Below are positions 1-11,709 of a DNA stretch of 64,000 nucleotides, one piece after another (the stretch's first letter is position 1; every line of letters begins with the position of its first letter). Under the pieces are notes generated by a model. It was not told where the DNA came from and searched no databases. It was given only the letters and a program-made list of their open reading frames with translations. The DNA is from Antedon mediterranea (taxonomy: Eukaryota > Animalia > Echinodermata). Where the stretch lies: assembly GCF_964355755.1 (NCBI RefSeq), contig NC_092674.1, forward strand, positions 12,710,001 through 12,774,000, in the 5' to 3' direction. Made by a program: the position numbers and the translations under genes.

Positions 1-3000
1 TAATATTTATTATTTTTTCTGACACTTTCAGGAATCGTTGATGATGCAGAGTTCTTTGTCTTTGTGACTTCAAACTGAGAGTGAAGTGGATAAAAAGATG
101 ACACCGGTACCTACCGACATTGTCATACCCAAACTATAATTTAATTATTTAAAACAAAATGTTGAATTACAAATATATATGTATGTTGCAGAGGATTTAG
201 ATGAATTACAATACAAATATTTATGTTGAATGCAAACCTACTACACTATACTCTGTAAATTATGTTATTGTCATGTGGTAGATCTTAAAAATTGAATATT
301 TATTGTATGTTAGGCCTATTTTATATTTTATTAATACTGTATTAGTTTAATATTACTATTATTATAATTTATATTATACAGTACTAGGCTAGTTTGTACA
401 TGTTTTTACCCAAAAAAAATGAATAAATAATTTGTTATTCAATCTAATTGCTTGATTGTTCATCAATAACAAAACAATTGTAAGCAAGTATATAACAGTT
501 CTTGTTAACCGCTTATTTCAGGTCATATTATTAATATTAGCTAGGCCCGACGCGCCCGATCACAACGTCACTAAGTGACTTTCCGCACCTGGAACAATCG
601 GTCGCTAATAGGGCTAGGCCTCGGACTCGTATAAAAGCTATTATAATAGTTATGATAAATATTCCTCAACTAAAATGTATACTGTGATAAATAAACAAGT
701 AATAATATACGTTGTATTGGAATGTATTTATTTATATGAATTATTATACGCGGACAATTATAAACATCGCGTATATCGTTCGATATAAATAAATTCATAA
801 ACACGATGACGATGTGTTTACAAAATGGCGGTTTCGCTAGTTTTCGATGGAACAAATAGTGGTACCTTTAGTTTGAATAGTCGGAGCTGCATCCCAACCA
901 CCGAATTTTGTATCTTAATATCGTATTCTGTAGATTATTAATTTTTCTAACAGGGATTTTAAATTCAGGACTGTTCAATTTTTCTAAATATTTTATTTTA
1001 ATGATTTTCTAGGGTACAATTTCGAAAAAAAGACATTGGTTGATTTTGCCGTTAAATTACAGATTATCGTTTTGTTCAAATACATTTAATTTTACATGAC
1101 AATATATTAAAACCATTTATGAATTTATTTCACTAACAATATTTTTCCAATAATCAGCTAAATTTACAAATATTGTGTTTTTCCAACACCCTAAAATTTA
1201 GCAATTTTGAACTAAATTAGAAAAGTAGGGCGCCCTCTCCGAGTCGAAATTTGACACGATTTGTCGACTGGCTGTCCCACTGTCTAACTATAGGCAAAAC
1301 AGGGCCGCGAAAAGTTACAATATGAAACGCCACAAATATTGTATGGAAGGCAACTGCGGCCAGCATAAGTATAGGCCTAGGCTTTGCTTGCTTTGGTCGG
1401 CTCCACGTTGAGTAGGCTATGGGTACTAAAATGAATTGAGGGCACAGGTTAACTTTAATATAGTTACTAATTGTTTGGATGTGTTCCTGTCCTAAATACA
1501 ACGCAATATAACAAAATTCAACCATTTCAAAAACTTTTTTTATTTTTAGTGTAGGCCTATACCTTCACTTTTTATGTAGGCCTAATGTTATACCTTTTCA
1601 AAATATTTTACTATAATATTATTGTATACATTCAATTTTTAAGGTTTTTTTCATACATTTTTTAACATTATTTTACTATATACTTTTACGACAGTATTTT
1701 TCAATATTTATCTCACGTTTTCTGCTTTTATGGTTATTTATATATCTTTTTTTTAACCATTTAAATCCATTTTATGTGTATTTTTCTTGTTATCTTGTAT
1801 ACATTACTCTATACTACTATATTATTCTAGATTAGGATTTTTGGATTGTGGATGGTTTCTGTTAAAGTTGTTTTTGGCCGGATTTTGTTCTAGGCCTAGC
1901 CTATGCTGAGACACAGCTAGCTCGCCTAGTGAGCGGCGTGAATACAGGTCAACCCGTACCCATGCCAACTCGTACCCACCAACTCGTACCCAAATTTTGG
2001 CTTACTCGTACCCAAAATTTTGGCTGACCCGTACCCATCATTGGCTGACCCGTACCCATCATTGGCTGGCCCGTACCCAAGTTTAATGCTATTTAAAGTA
2101 TATTTATATTACATTTAAACCCAGTTTTATTAAATTTTTAGATACCAATCATATGTTCGATATTATAATGGCAAAAACTATTGACCTAAAATGTATAATA
2201 ATATGTACAGACTCGTACGAAAAAAGCACAGCTTTCATCGTATTTGCGTACGTCGTATTTGGTAAAGTTAATACTTGAGGGCGCTGTTTTATATGGCTCT
2301 GTGGAAGATGTCAGTGGTCGGCTGTGCTGCATTCTATTTTTTTTTTATTTATGAGTTATTAATCTATTATTTTCTACGAATAGTAGTACATGGAAATTGA
2401 AATACCCACTAGTCTGTGATGATGAAAACTTGAATTATTAAAAGTAAACATGAATATCTTTTATACATAATTTGTATTTTCATTTTATTTTACAGATAAT
2501 GAGTAATGTGCTTTTTGAAAATCGTTTTAAAACGAATGGTTTTTGTTGTTTTGTTTTGCAAGTTTTGGAAAATATTAAACTGTTTTAACATTTCGAAAAT
2601 ATTTAATACATTTTTAAATAGTCACTCGTATTTTAAAATCACGAAACTATTTAAGTGGATACCAGCCTCATTGCTGCTATGAGCATTTAGTAGTAGATTA
2701 GATTATTGCCGTTTATCTAGTATACAATGACGATGTGAGAGTAATAATAAAAGGTAACTACTGTACTAACCTCCAATAATTTAACATTTAATTACAAACG
2801 ACGACATTTGCTGTTATTACGTTTTCATTTTATAATGATTATTACTGTATTATTATGACTAAAAACCGAAATAAATACTACTAAAACTTAAAAAAATCAT
2901 CTTATCGCTGACAGATACGTAACTACTCAGACACGTGTAGGTAGGCCTTCAGAACGTTTATATTATTTTAGTAAATAAGACGACATCCGTTGCCATGGAA

Positions 3001-3029
3001 AAACGATCGTAGTTCATTTCATTTGTCTT

Positions 3030-3515
3030 ATTTGACACATTATAGAATGCGTATTTTTTTTTTTTTAAAGGGAATCCCTCGTCAGCAAAAACACGTAGCT
3101 GTAAGTTATTGAGGAAACATCTACCAAAAATGTTTAATTACCGTAAACAAACAGATAATTTTACTGAATTATTTAAGAAAAAAAATAAATAGAAAACGAT
3201 CATACGCCACATTGCGTTGCCTATTTTTGGACACACTACAAATGGACCCGTACAAATGCGTTTTTTTTTTAATAATAAAGAGGAATCCCCATTCAGCAAA
3301 AACACGTAGCTGTTATAGAAGAAAATCTGCCAAAATGTTTAATTGCCTTAGGCTACAGTACGACAGTACGTGTATATGATCATTTCACTGAATTATTAAT
3401 AAATAAAATATATGGAAAATGATCATACGTCATTACTAAGTCGTCTCTTTGACGCCGGCCCTATAAATGCGTGTTTTTTTATAATAAAAGGTTAATCCCG
3501 GTCAGAAAAAACACG
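3030..3515 (+). repeat. Degenerate ~210-bp tandem repeat, about 2.5 units
   Basis: AATGCGT(T)n...AATCCC..TCAG(C)AAAAACACG recurs at about 3047, 3255 and 3465. Confidence 0.6.
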
Positions 3516-4039
3516 AAATCTACGAGTAATTCGACCCCATAGCCCGGCAGGCTTTTTGCTTAAAACAGGGTGTTGTTAATTCAACCAATTTTAAATATAC
3601 CAAATACAATAGAAATAATTACTTGATCGAATGTAATCAGGGAAGATAATTAGAATAAAATAAAAGAATAAAAATTGATAAGTCCCGTGATAAGTATAAA
3701 ATTATACGTTGTTGGTACTTTACCTGGGCTTAATTGAATTGTAATACTAACTATACAACAGTTAAAATATTTTTTTTATTAATTAATGTTCTCTTACGTA
3801 AATAAAAAAGACACATCAAACATACGTTTATAAAACTATAATACTAGATTTAAATAAATGTTAACAAAATATATGCCTAATTAAACGAAGTCTACAATCA
3901 AATCAATGGTCATTTTTATTAGCACACATTTCACCGAGACCTGTAAAATAAAAAAACAATTTAAATATAAAAATATTCATACGGCAAAAGCATACCACTA
4001 GTTTTGCGCCGATCAAATCATTACAAGTAATTATTCAAA

Positions 4040-5885
4040 CTAGATGGCACGCTCGCTTCGCTCGCGTACCATCTAGGTCGTGCCCACAGATGGTTCTCGA
4101 ATACTAATAAAGTCAGCGTTAAAAAACTGGCGATTTCAAATGTACGTACATGTCGTTTACTGGAACGAATAAATAGACACTGTGATCTTATGTACTCAAC
4201 TAAAATTAGCACCCTGGGAATTACTTCCGAAAAAGAAACTTGTCACAAAATGAGACCAATTGTTTAAGTCAAATTTAAACAAACTTAATGTGTGTTTTAT
4301 ATGTAACATTAGGGTTGAGGGATGGGGAAGAGGATGGTGCAAAGAGGAACAGTTTTTGAATATATTCTTTATCTATTTATTCTTTATTTATTTAGTAACG
4401 AAATATTAATTGTTTTCATGTTTTACAAATAATATACCACTAAACACAGTAAAACATTGCGATGTAATACTTTTTTGAAACTATCACCGTCCTAGTCGAT
4501 TGAAAAGTACAGTACGTGTATAACGACACATCACTACGACGTGTATATGTTTATATAATGTATAACAATTTGTGAAAACCACCTCTATTCGGGGCAAATC
4601 ATAAATTCGATTTAATCTTCAATAAATATTAAATTATCTAACTCAACTTAATTAGTAGGCCTAATGGTTTTCAATTGTTTCTTAGAGCTAATTCATACTT
4701 AAGTTGGTTCCTAGGGATGGGGAAGAGGATGGTGCAAAGAGGAACAGTTTTTAAATATATTTTTTATCTATTTATTCTTTATTTATTTAGTAACGAAATA
4801 TTAACTGTTTTCATGTTTTACAAATAATATACCACTAAACACAGTAAAACATTGCGATGTAATACTTTTTTGAAACTATCACCGTCCTAGTCGATTGAAA
4901 AGTACAGTACGTGTATAACGACACATCACTACAACGTGTATATGTTTATATAATGTATAACAATTTGTGAAAACCACCTCTATTCGGGGCAAATCGTAAA
5001 TTCGATTTAATCTTCAATAAATATTAAATTATCTAACTCAACTTAATTAGTAGGCCTAATGGTTTTCAATTGTTTCCTAGAGCTAATTCATACTTAAGTT
5101 GGTTCCTACCCTACCCACCAAAGTTGTTCTGCGTTTAGGGCATGTGATGCACTGTAGGCCTATCCTCTACTGGCTTTACAACGCTACTCATGCCAGTGAG
5201 GGAAGGGTGATGATGTGGGTGGTTTAACTGCAATAATAAAGATTTGTACATAAATATACTGCGACTGAAAACGCTAGCTCATTATCCGTTTAAAAAAAAT
5301 TATATCCAACCTCTGCAGCACAGATTGAAAAAAAAATGGATCGAATTTCTGTTATGAGTATTATACAGTACTTTCCTTTACGACGCCTGAGGGAATAGAA
5401 ACTTGTGGAACGACACAGAGATTGGAATGTTCCATTCTTCGCAAATCAATACATTTGTATAAACGTATATTAAATCTATCAAAATAGTATTTTTTAAAGA
5501 AAATCGGCCTGTCTTCAACATTATGATACTGTACTCGAGCTGTTCAACCGGTTTTCAGCTATTAAAAACAATTATCGTAGGAGGAGATAGGAAAATGCGA
5601 AGCCTCCTCGCATTTTTGTGGCGGGTATTTTTCAAGATGGACATCCATTAGACAGTGTATACCACGATCGGAAAACACCCCTATTTGGGGCAAATCTTTG
5701 AACCTAAATTCGTTTTAATCGTCAATAACTAATTATCTAACTTAATTTAATTAGTAAACAGGGTTACATCAGGTGGTTAAAATCAGTACCGAAAGTACGA
5801 ATCAACTTTACATACCATCGAGTAAAAATTCTAAAAGTAAGGCGCGATTTAACGAATTTTGCCCTTACGTAAATTTATATATAGA
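4040..5885 (-). mobile_element. Non-autonomous Helitron, copy 1
   Basis: The minus strand starts TCTATATATAAATTTACG at 5885 after an A. It ends with a GC-rich hairpin (stems 4040-4052 and 4064-4076) and CTAG followed by T. This fits the Helitron 5'-TC / 3'-CTAG ends and A|T target. Confidence 0.8.
4318..5107 (+). repeat. Near-identical 395-bp tandem duplication inside Helitron copy 1
   Basis: AGGGATGGGGAAGAGG starts at 4318 and 4713; both units end ...GGTTCCT. Confidence 0.9.
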
Positions 5886-6147
5886 TTGGGTACGAGTAGG
5901 CCAAATAATGGGTACGAGTAAGCCAAAAATGGGTACGGGTAAGCCAAAAAATGGGTACGAGTAAGCCAAATACTTGGGTACGAGTAAGCCAAATATTTAG
6001 GTACGAGTTGGCATGGGGGTACGGGTTGGTTTGGGTACGGGTTAGCCAAAGTGGGTACGAGTTGACCAATTATTTGGGTACGGGTTAGCCAAGTTGGGTA
6101 CGAGTTGGCATGGGTACGGGTTGGTTTGGGTACGGGTTGAGAATACA

Positions 6148-6387
6148 GGTCAACCCGTACCCATGCCAACTCGTACCCACCAACTCGTACCCAAATTTTG
6201 GCTTACTCGTACCCAAAATTTTGGCTGACCCGTACCCATCATTGGCTGGCCCGTACCCAAGTTTAATGCTATTTAAAGTATATTTATATTACATTTAAAC
6301 CCAGTTTTATTAAATTTTTAGATACCAATCATATGTTCGATATTATAATGGCAAAAACTATTGACCTAAAATGTATAATAATATGTA
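6148..6387 (+). mobile_element. Second left end of the CGTACCCA-repeat transposon, interrupted by the CR1 LINE
   Basis: Near-identical to 1947-2207, with one fewer subterminal repeat; homology stops where the LINE begins. Confidence 0.8.
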
Positions 6388-8873
6388 TGATTTGAATTCT
6401 CGGCCGGGTTTTTTAGCCCAAGACAGAAATATTTTTAAGTTTGAGGATACTAGCAGTGTAGTATTTTCGGAATTAACGAAATCAGAAGAAGTTTTTTGTT
6501 CGATTCCTGAAGGTTCTCCTGCCTCTGTGAACTTTCCAATTGATTCCAGTTTTCCATGTGCCCCTGAGCTATCTAACAATAAAATATTATACACCAATGC
6601 CCAGAGCATTATGAACAAAATTGACGAACTAAGAGTAGTTGTGTTAGATAGAAACCCAGATCTGATAGCCATCACAGAGTCATGGACAAACGAGAAAATT
6701 AACAATGCAATTCTAAAGTTAGATGGGTATTCTTTGCTGTGTAGGCAAGATAGACTTGATACGAAAGATGGGCGAGGTGGTGGGAACTTACTTTATGTTA
6801 GGGAATCTATTGCTGCAACAGATTTAACTGATATTTCGCAGGATTTCAGCAATTCTGTTTGGGCTGAAATCCACCTAAAGGAGCGTCGGAAAGCCATTAT
6901 TGGTATTGTCTACCGGTCACCTAATAGTTCACTTCACAATAATATACAAATGTATGTACCTATGAGAGAAGTTTTAAATAAGTCGTGTCCTACAGTTATA
7001 ATCGGAGACTTTAATTTTCCAGGTATTGATTTGGAAAATTTAGAGTCTAATTTGGATGGTCAGGATTTTTTGGATTTTGTTCAAGATGCATATCTTACCC
7101 AACATGTTGAATCAGCGACTAGAGGAAATAACATTTTGGATCTTATTTTAACTAATGAACCTAATATGGTGTCTGATGTTGCTTGTGTTGGTAGACTTGG
7201 GTCTAGTGATCATGATATGCTAGAATTTTGTTGTAATATTGATACGCTGATTAATGATAGTACTGAATATGTCTTTGATTTTAGGAGAGCCAACTGGAAT
7301 AATATTAGAGATGTGCTTGTAGAAGTGGATTGGCCCAGCCTAACTGAACTTCCATCTATTTCTGAGTCATGGTCAAAATTTGAAGATGTTTATAATTCTG
7401 TCATAAGGGATAACATACCTTTAAAATTGAGAAGACATAATAGAAAACCGCCTTTTATCAACAGAAAAGTTATTCGTTCAATTCGGAAAAAGAGAAAACT
7501 ATGGAAACGCTACTGTAATTCGAGGGATTCCATAGACTTTGAAATTTATAAGAGATTTTCCAATAGGGTCAAGTCTAAAGTAAGGAGTGCCAAGAGAAAA
7601 TTTGAGAAAAAATTGGCTGATAACTGTAAGCGCGATCCTAAGTCTTTTTATAGTTACATCCGATCCAGTACTAAAACTAAAGATTCAGTGGGGCCCTTAG
7701 TTAATGATGAAGGGAATATAGTTGTTGACGACAAGGAAGCTGCTGAAATTTTTAATAATTACTTTACATCCGTGTTTACAATTAACTCTAATTTTATTCC
7801 ACCTTATTTACCTAACGAGTTTGAAAATGATGATATTTTAACCACTGTACTGTTTACCCCACAGAGACTCTTAAAATTGATGCAGAAACTTAAACCTAAC
7901 AAATCACCGGGACCTGATCATTTGAGTTCAAGAATTTTGTTGGAGACTGCTAGTGTTATTGCGACTCCTTTAGCCCGTCTATTTCAGAGATGTTTTGACG
8001 AAAATTATGTTCCTCCTTTATGGAAGAAAGCCAATGTTTCCCTTATTTTTAAAAAAGGATCTAAGAAATCACCGGCAAACTATAGGCCTGTTAGTTTAAC
8101 TTCCCATTTTTGTAAATTGATGGAATCTGTCTTGAGGGATGACATTATTGATCATCGTGACTCGTTACATTTACTGAATACATCCCAACATGGGTTCTTG
8201 AAAGGAAGATCTTGTCTGACAAATTTACTAATGTTTCTTGAGAAGGTGACATGTGATATTGACCAGGGTTTACCAGTAGATGTAATTTATTTTGATTTCC
8301 AAAAGGCCTTCGATAAAGTTCCTCATGTAAGGTTGATGTATAAAGTTTTGGCTCATGGTATTGAAGGTCCATTTGGCATGTGGATACAAAACTGGCTTAG
8401 TGATAGATCTCAAAGGGTTGTTGTCAATGGTAGGAAATCTGAGTGGGCCCCTGTTCATAGTGGTGTGCCTCAGGGTTCGGTCCTCGGACCGGTGCTTTTT
8501 CTCATTTTTATTGATGACATAGATTTTTCCATTGATTCTTCATTGTTGTGATTCTTCATTGTTGAAATTTGCTGATGACATTAAATTGTTTGGAAGTGTG
8601 CGTTCCGAGGTTGATCCTGAAGTACTACAAAATGATATTGACAAGTTATCACTTTGGTGTCGTGAATCCCTAATGAGCTTTAATAGTAGTAAATGCTATG
8701 TCATGCACCTAGGATTTAATAATCCGAATCATTCTTATGAACTTGATGGGGTTATCGTAAATTCATGGAATGCTCTCCCTGCCAGTACAGTAGAAGTTGA
8801 CACAACCATACTATTTAAAAGAAAATTTCAGAAGACGAGGGGGGTTAATAGAGGGCCACGACCGGCCCACTAG
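6371..8873 (+). pseudogene. CR1 ORF2 (AP-endonuclease + reverse transcriptase), frameshifted
   Basis: Motifs [40 protein letters not shown] and [14 protein letters not shown] lies in the next frame after a 16-bp duplication (8533-8564). An internal deletion precedes VNSWNALP. Confidence 0.9.
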
Positions 8874-8934
8874 CCTCTTGCACCACTCATTTAGAGTGGT
8901 GTACGGTGAGTTACGGTGAGTTACGGTGAGTTAC
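6388..8934 (+). mobile_element. CR1-clade non-LTR retrotransposon, 5'-truncated, ORF2 region plus 3' UTR
   Basis: APE endonuclease and RT coding sequence. The 3' end has a CACCACTC/GAGTGGTG hairpin (8881-8901) and a (TACGGTGAGT)3 tail, as expected for CR1-group elements. Confidence 0.9.
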
Positions 8935-9739
8935 ATTATATGTTGACAATGATTTTGAAAAAAATAAAATGAATGAATGAATACCATTGTTTATTTCATC
9001 CTACACAAAAATGAGAATGAGCGTGTTTGATATAATTGGAATCACGTTTATTGGATTATTAAATCTAATCCTTAACCTATTTCACATTGTATGCATTCAC
9101 GTATCATGTACAATAATATCTACCATATTATAAAGAGCGTTTACCTTGGCAATAAGCAATTCAAAGTTGAATATTTTAAATGTGAACAAATTCATCAAAT
9201 GTGCCATGACAAGCACAGTAATCGGTGATACCATACAAAACACACATTTCATGGCTTTGATTAAATTTAATTCAATAGTTTGGAGTCATTTTATAACAAG
9301 TTTCTCTTTCGGATGTAATTTCCAGGGTTCGAATTGTATACGATTAATAAATCTACGTATCTGTATTATTTGTTCATGTCGACATGTATGCTGTTGTACA
9401 CACATCCTTGCCTACACTTATTTATTTACGCCTAAACTTCACTACAGTACAATAGAACCTCTCTTTTTGAACACCCCTATTCAGGGAACAAGAACTCTAA
9501 CTGCCAAATGAAACAACATCATAAAAGCAAATAAAAAAAATTAATAAATAATTATATTCATCATTATTAATACGTTGGTACTTTCTCTGGGTCGAAATTT
9601 GTTATTGGCTAATCGTTGGTTGCTAGATTTTAAATTCTTCTAGATTTATTCAGTCAGTACAGATCAATTATTAGGAGACAATTTTCGAAAGGTGAAGTTC
9701 CAAAGGTGACCTTTTATTAGGTGTTCTTTGTATTCTAAA

Positions 9740-9794
9740 ACCATCTGTGGGCGCGACCTAGATGGTACGCGAGCGAATTGAGCAATGCATCTAG
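9740..9794 (+). mobile_element. Helitron 3'-end fragment
   Basis: CCATCTGTGGGCGCGACCTAGATGGTACGCGAGCGAA...CATCTAG|T is the reverse complement of the termini at 4040 and 18551. Confidence 0.7.
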
Positions 9795-10098
9795 TATTAT
9801 TAAATATCGTCAACAAAATGATAATGTTACTACTGGACAAGTGGTGGTCAATATAAACATAATAATAACCACCAAATATAATTGCTATTATTGTTACTCA
9901 CTCTACCCAAAGACAATTCCTAAACGAATCGGATAGAACAAAAGACAAGAATTCCACCAAACGTTGTCACATTTAAGAATACATTGAACATCATTAACAA
10001 TAAATTTGGTAAAAATATATTTTGTTATTAATTTTTTTTTATTGTTTGCTCTTTTTGGAAGTCAACAATACAGATGCATGTAACTTGTATTATCATAT

Positions 10099-10283
10099 TG
10101 TTGTGACGTCTATAGTCTTTTGTGGTACACACTACTTATTTGCATGTTTTCCACAAGTGGGTTGGTTTACATAGACGAGGTATTTGTAAAGGGAGGAGTT
10201 ACGGGCAGGAGGTGTTCGCACAACGAATGAAAAAAAGTGGTACCAAGTAAGATGTGCTGTGTATTTATTGTCTAAGCAAAACA
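10099..10283 (+). repeat. 5' LTR
   Basis: TGTTGTGACGTCTATAG...CTAAGCAAAACA, a direct repeat of 15917-16097. Confidence 0.88.
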
Positions 10284-10524
10284 AGTGGTGTAGAACCCGG
10301 AATCAGTATTCTTATATTGATTTTAGGAATCTGATTTATGTTAAGTTTTGAAATATATTATTGTGTTTGTTATTACGAGTCGGTAACTGCTGACGCTGTC
10401 TACTTAATAGTGATGAGAGGTGATATTGTTGGTCTGGCCATGATTGTTTTTGCGGGGTATTGATTAGTTCCGTGACTCGACGTCGTTGGATATATATGTA
10501 TTCATAACTGATTGAAACTGTATT

Positions 10525-10655
10525 GGTGCTGGGATTCAGAACAGGTAGTGCTGGGATTCAGAACTGTTTGATTTTGGATTCAGAACTAGTAGTGCTGGGA
10601 TTCAGAACTGTTGGTGCTATGATTCAGAACTGTGGGGAGTTGAATTCAGAACTGG
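10525..10655 (+). repeat. ~23-bp tandem repeat in the Gypsy leader
   Basis: (TGCTGG)GATTCAGAAC repeated about 6 times. Confidence 0.75.
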
Positions 10656-11709
10656 TTGGTGTTTGAGGCGGATATGTTTGTGTGCTGGTTTGGATATTTA
10701 CGGAATTAACCAACGGCTGTGATTGTTAGAATGTAAACGGCAGTAGTTGTGTGGTTGTATATCTTATGTTAATAATATTTATATTTAAGTATCTTATTTT
10801 TATAATTGGATATGTTCTAAATATAATAATTGTATTATCAGATTTTAAATTTGAATGTGAAATTGGCAAGAAGCATTTAAGTATGATATGGGTGGGTCAG
10901 GGTTGAAGTATTCTGGGGATGCGAATGATGATTTTTAGATTAATTTATTCAGAGATTTTCAGACCATGCTTTTTTGCGGGAATATAAAGAACCTACAGCC
11001 CTTTTAGCGTTGAAAACCGTTATATTTGGCCATGCGAAAGTGTTTCTAAATACAATAGACATAAGAATTCTATAACTAAAATACTGGACTTGTTAAAAGC
11101 AAATTTTGAGGGTCAATCCTGGAAATTGGGTATTGAAACTAGGAAACAATTACATTCAGAAACCATTGATAAATATGCGTCGGATATTATTTTATTGGGT
11201 AAGCAGATACAGAAATCAGATTCTTTTATGAGGGTTTATTTATTTTTATTTATATCTAGTCTTTTCGAAATTCTTTAGAAACAGCTCGGCTAGCCATATC
11301 CATCCAGCGTACTGTGGATGAACCTTCCTCTGGTACTTTATAAATAACCATCCCAAGTCACGTGTTAGTAATGAAAATACAACGCTAGCCGCTAGCGGGG
11401 ATGTTCGCGCAAGTTTCTAATATATAGACAACATTGAATCGTCTAGTCGGGTTCAGTGGGTGATTCCTCCTTTTAATAGTAATTTTGATGATAGGAAAAA
11501 TGCCGATAGATCTATAGTCGGACATTTAACTCTAAAATTATTTGTTGGCGTTGTGGTTTTGGGGGTCATATGCGAGTGGAATTTTATGCTAGAAAAGACA
11601 GGGATGGCCGTCCGTTAAACTAGAAACCCCGTTTGCAGGTAATTTTTGTAAAACAGTTAGGAACAATGGATGGGAAAATGCAAATGGGGTAGAAAATAAA
11701 CATATCAAT

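Larger units (their letters stand above)
1947..6140. mobile_element. Non-autonomous TIR DNA transposon with subterminal CGTACCCA repeats (possibly Mutator-like), carrying nested inserts
   Basis: Left end GGTCAACCCGTACCCA with repeated (C/T)CGTACCCA motifs at 1947-2080. Inverted TGGGTACG(A/G)GT repeats at 5887-6140. GAATACA occurs immediately outside both ends (1940-1946, 6141-6147). Superfamily is inference. Confidence 0.6.

Noticed and set aside
32-138. Exon-like segment after TTTCAG at the window start
   Set aside because: All frames are short with no recognisable protein family; it cannot be supported without upstream sequence.
5773-6298. Overlapping ORFs rich in YP and TRT repeats
   Set aside because: They are translations of the CGTACCCA subterminal repeats.
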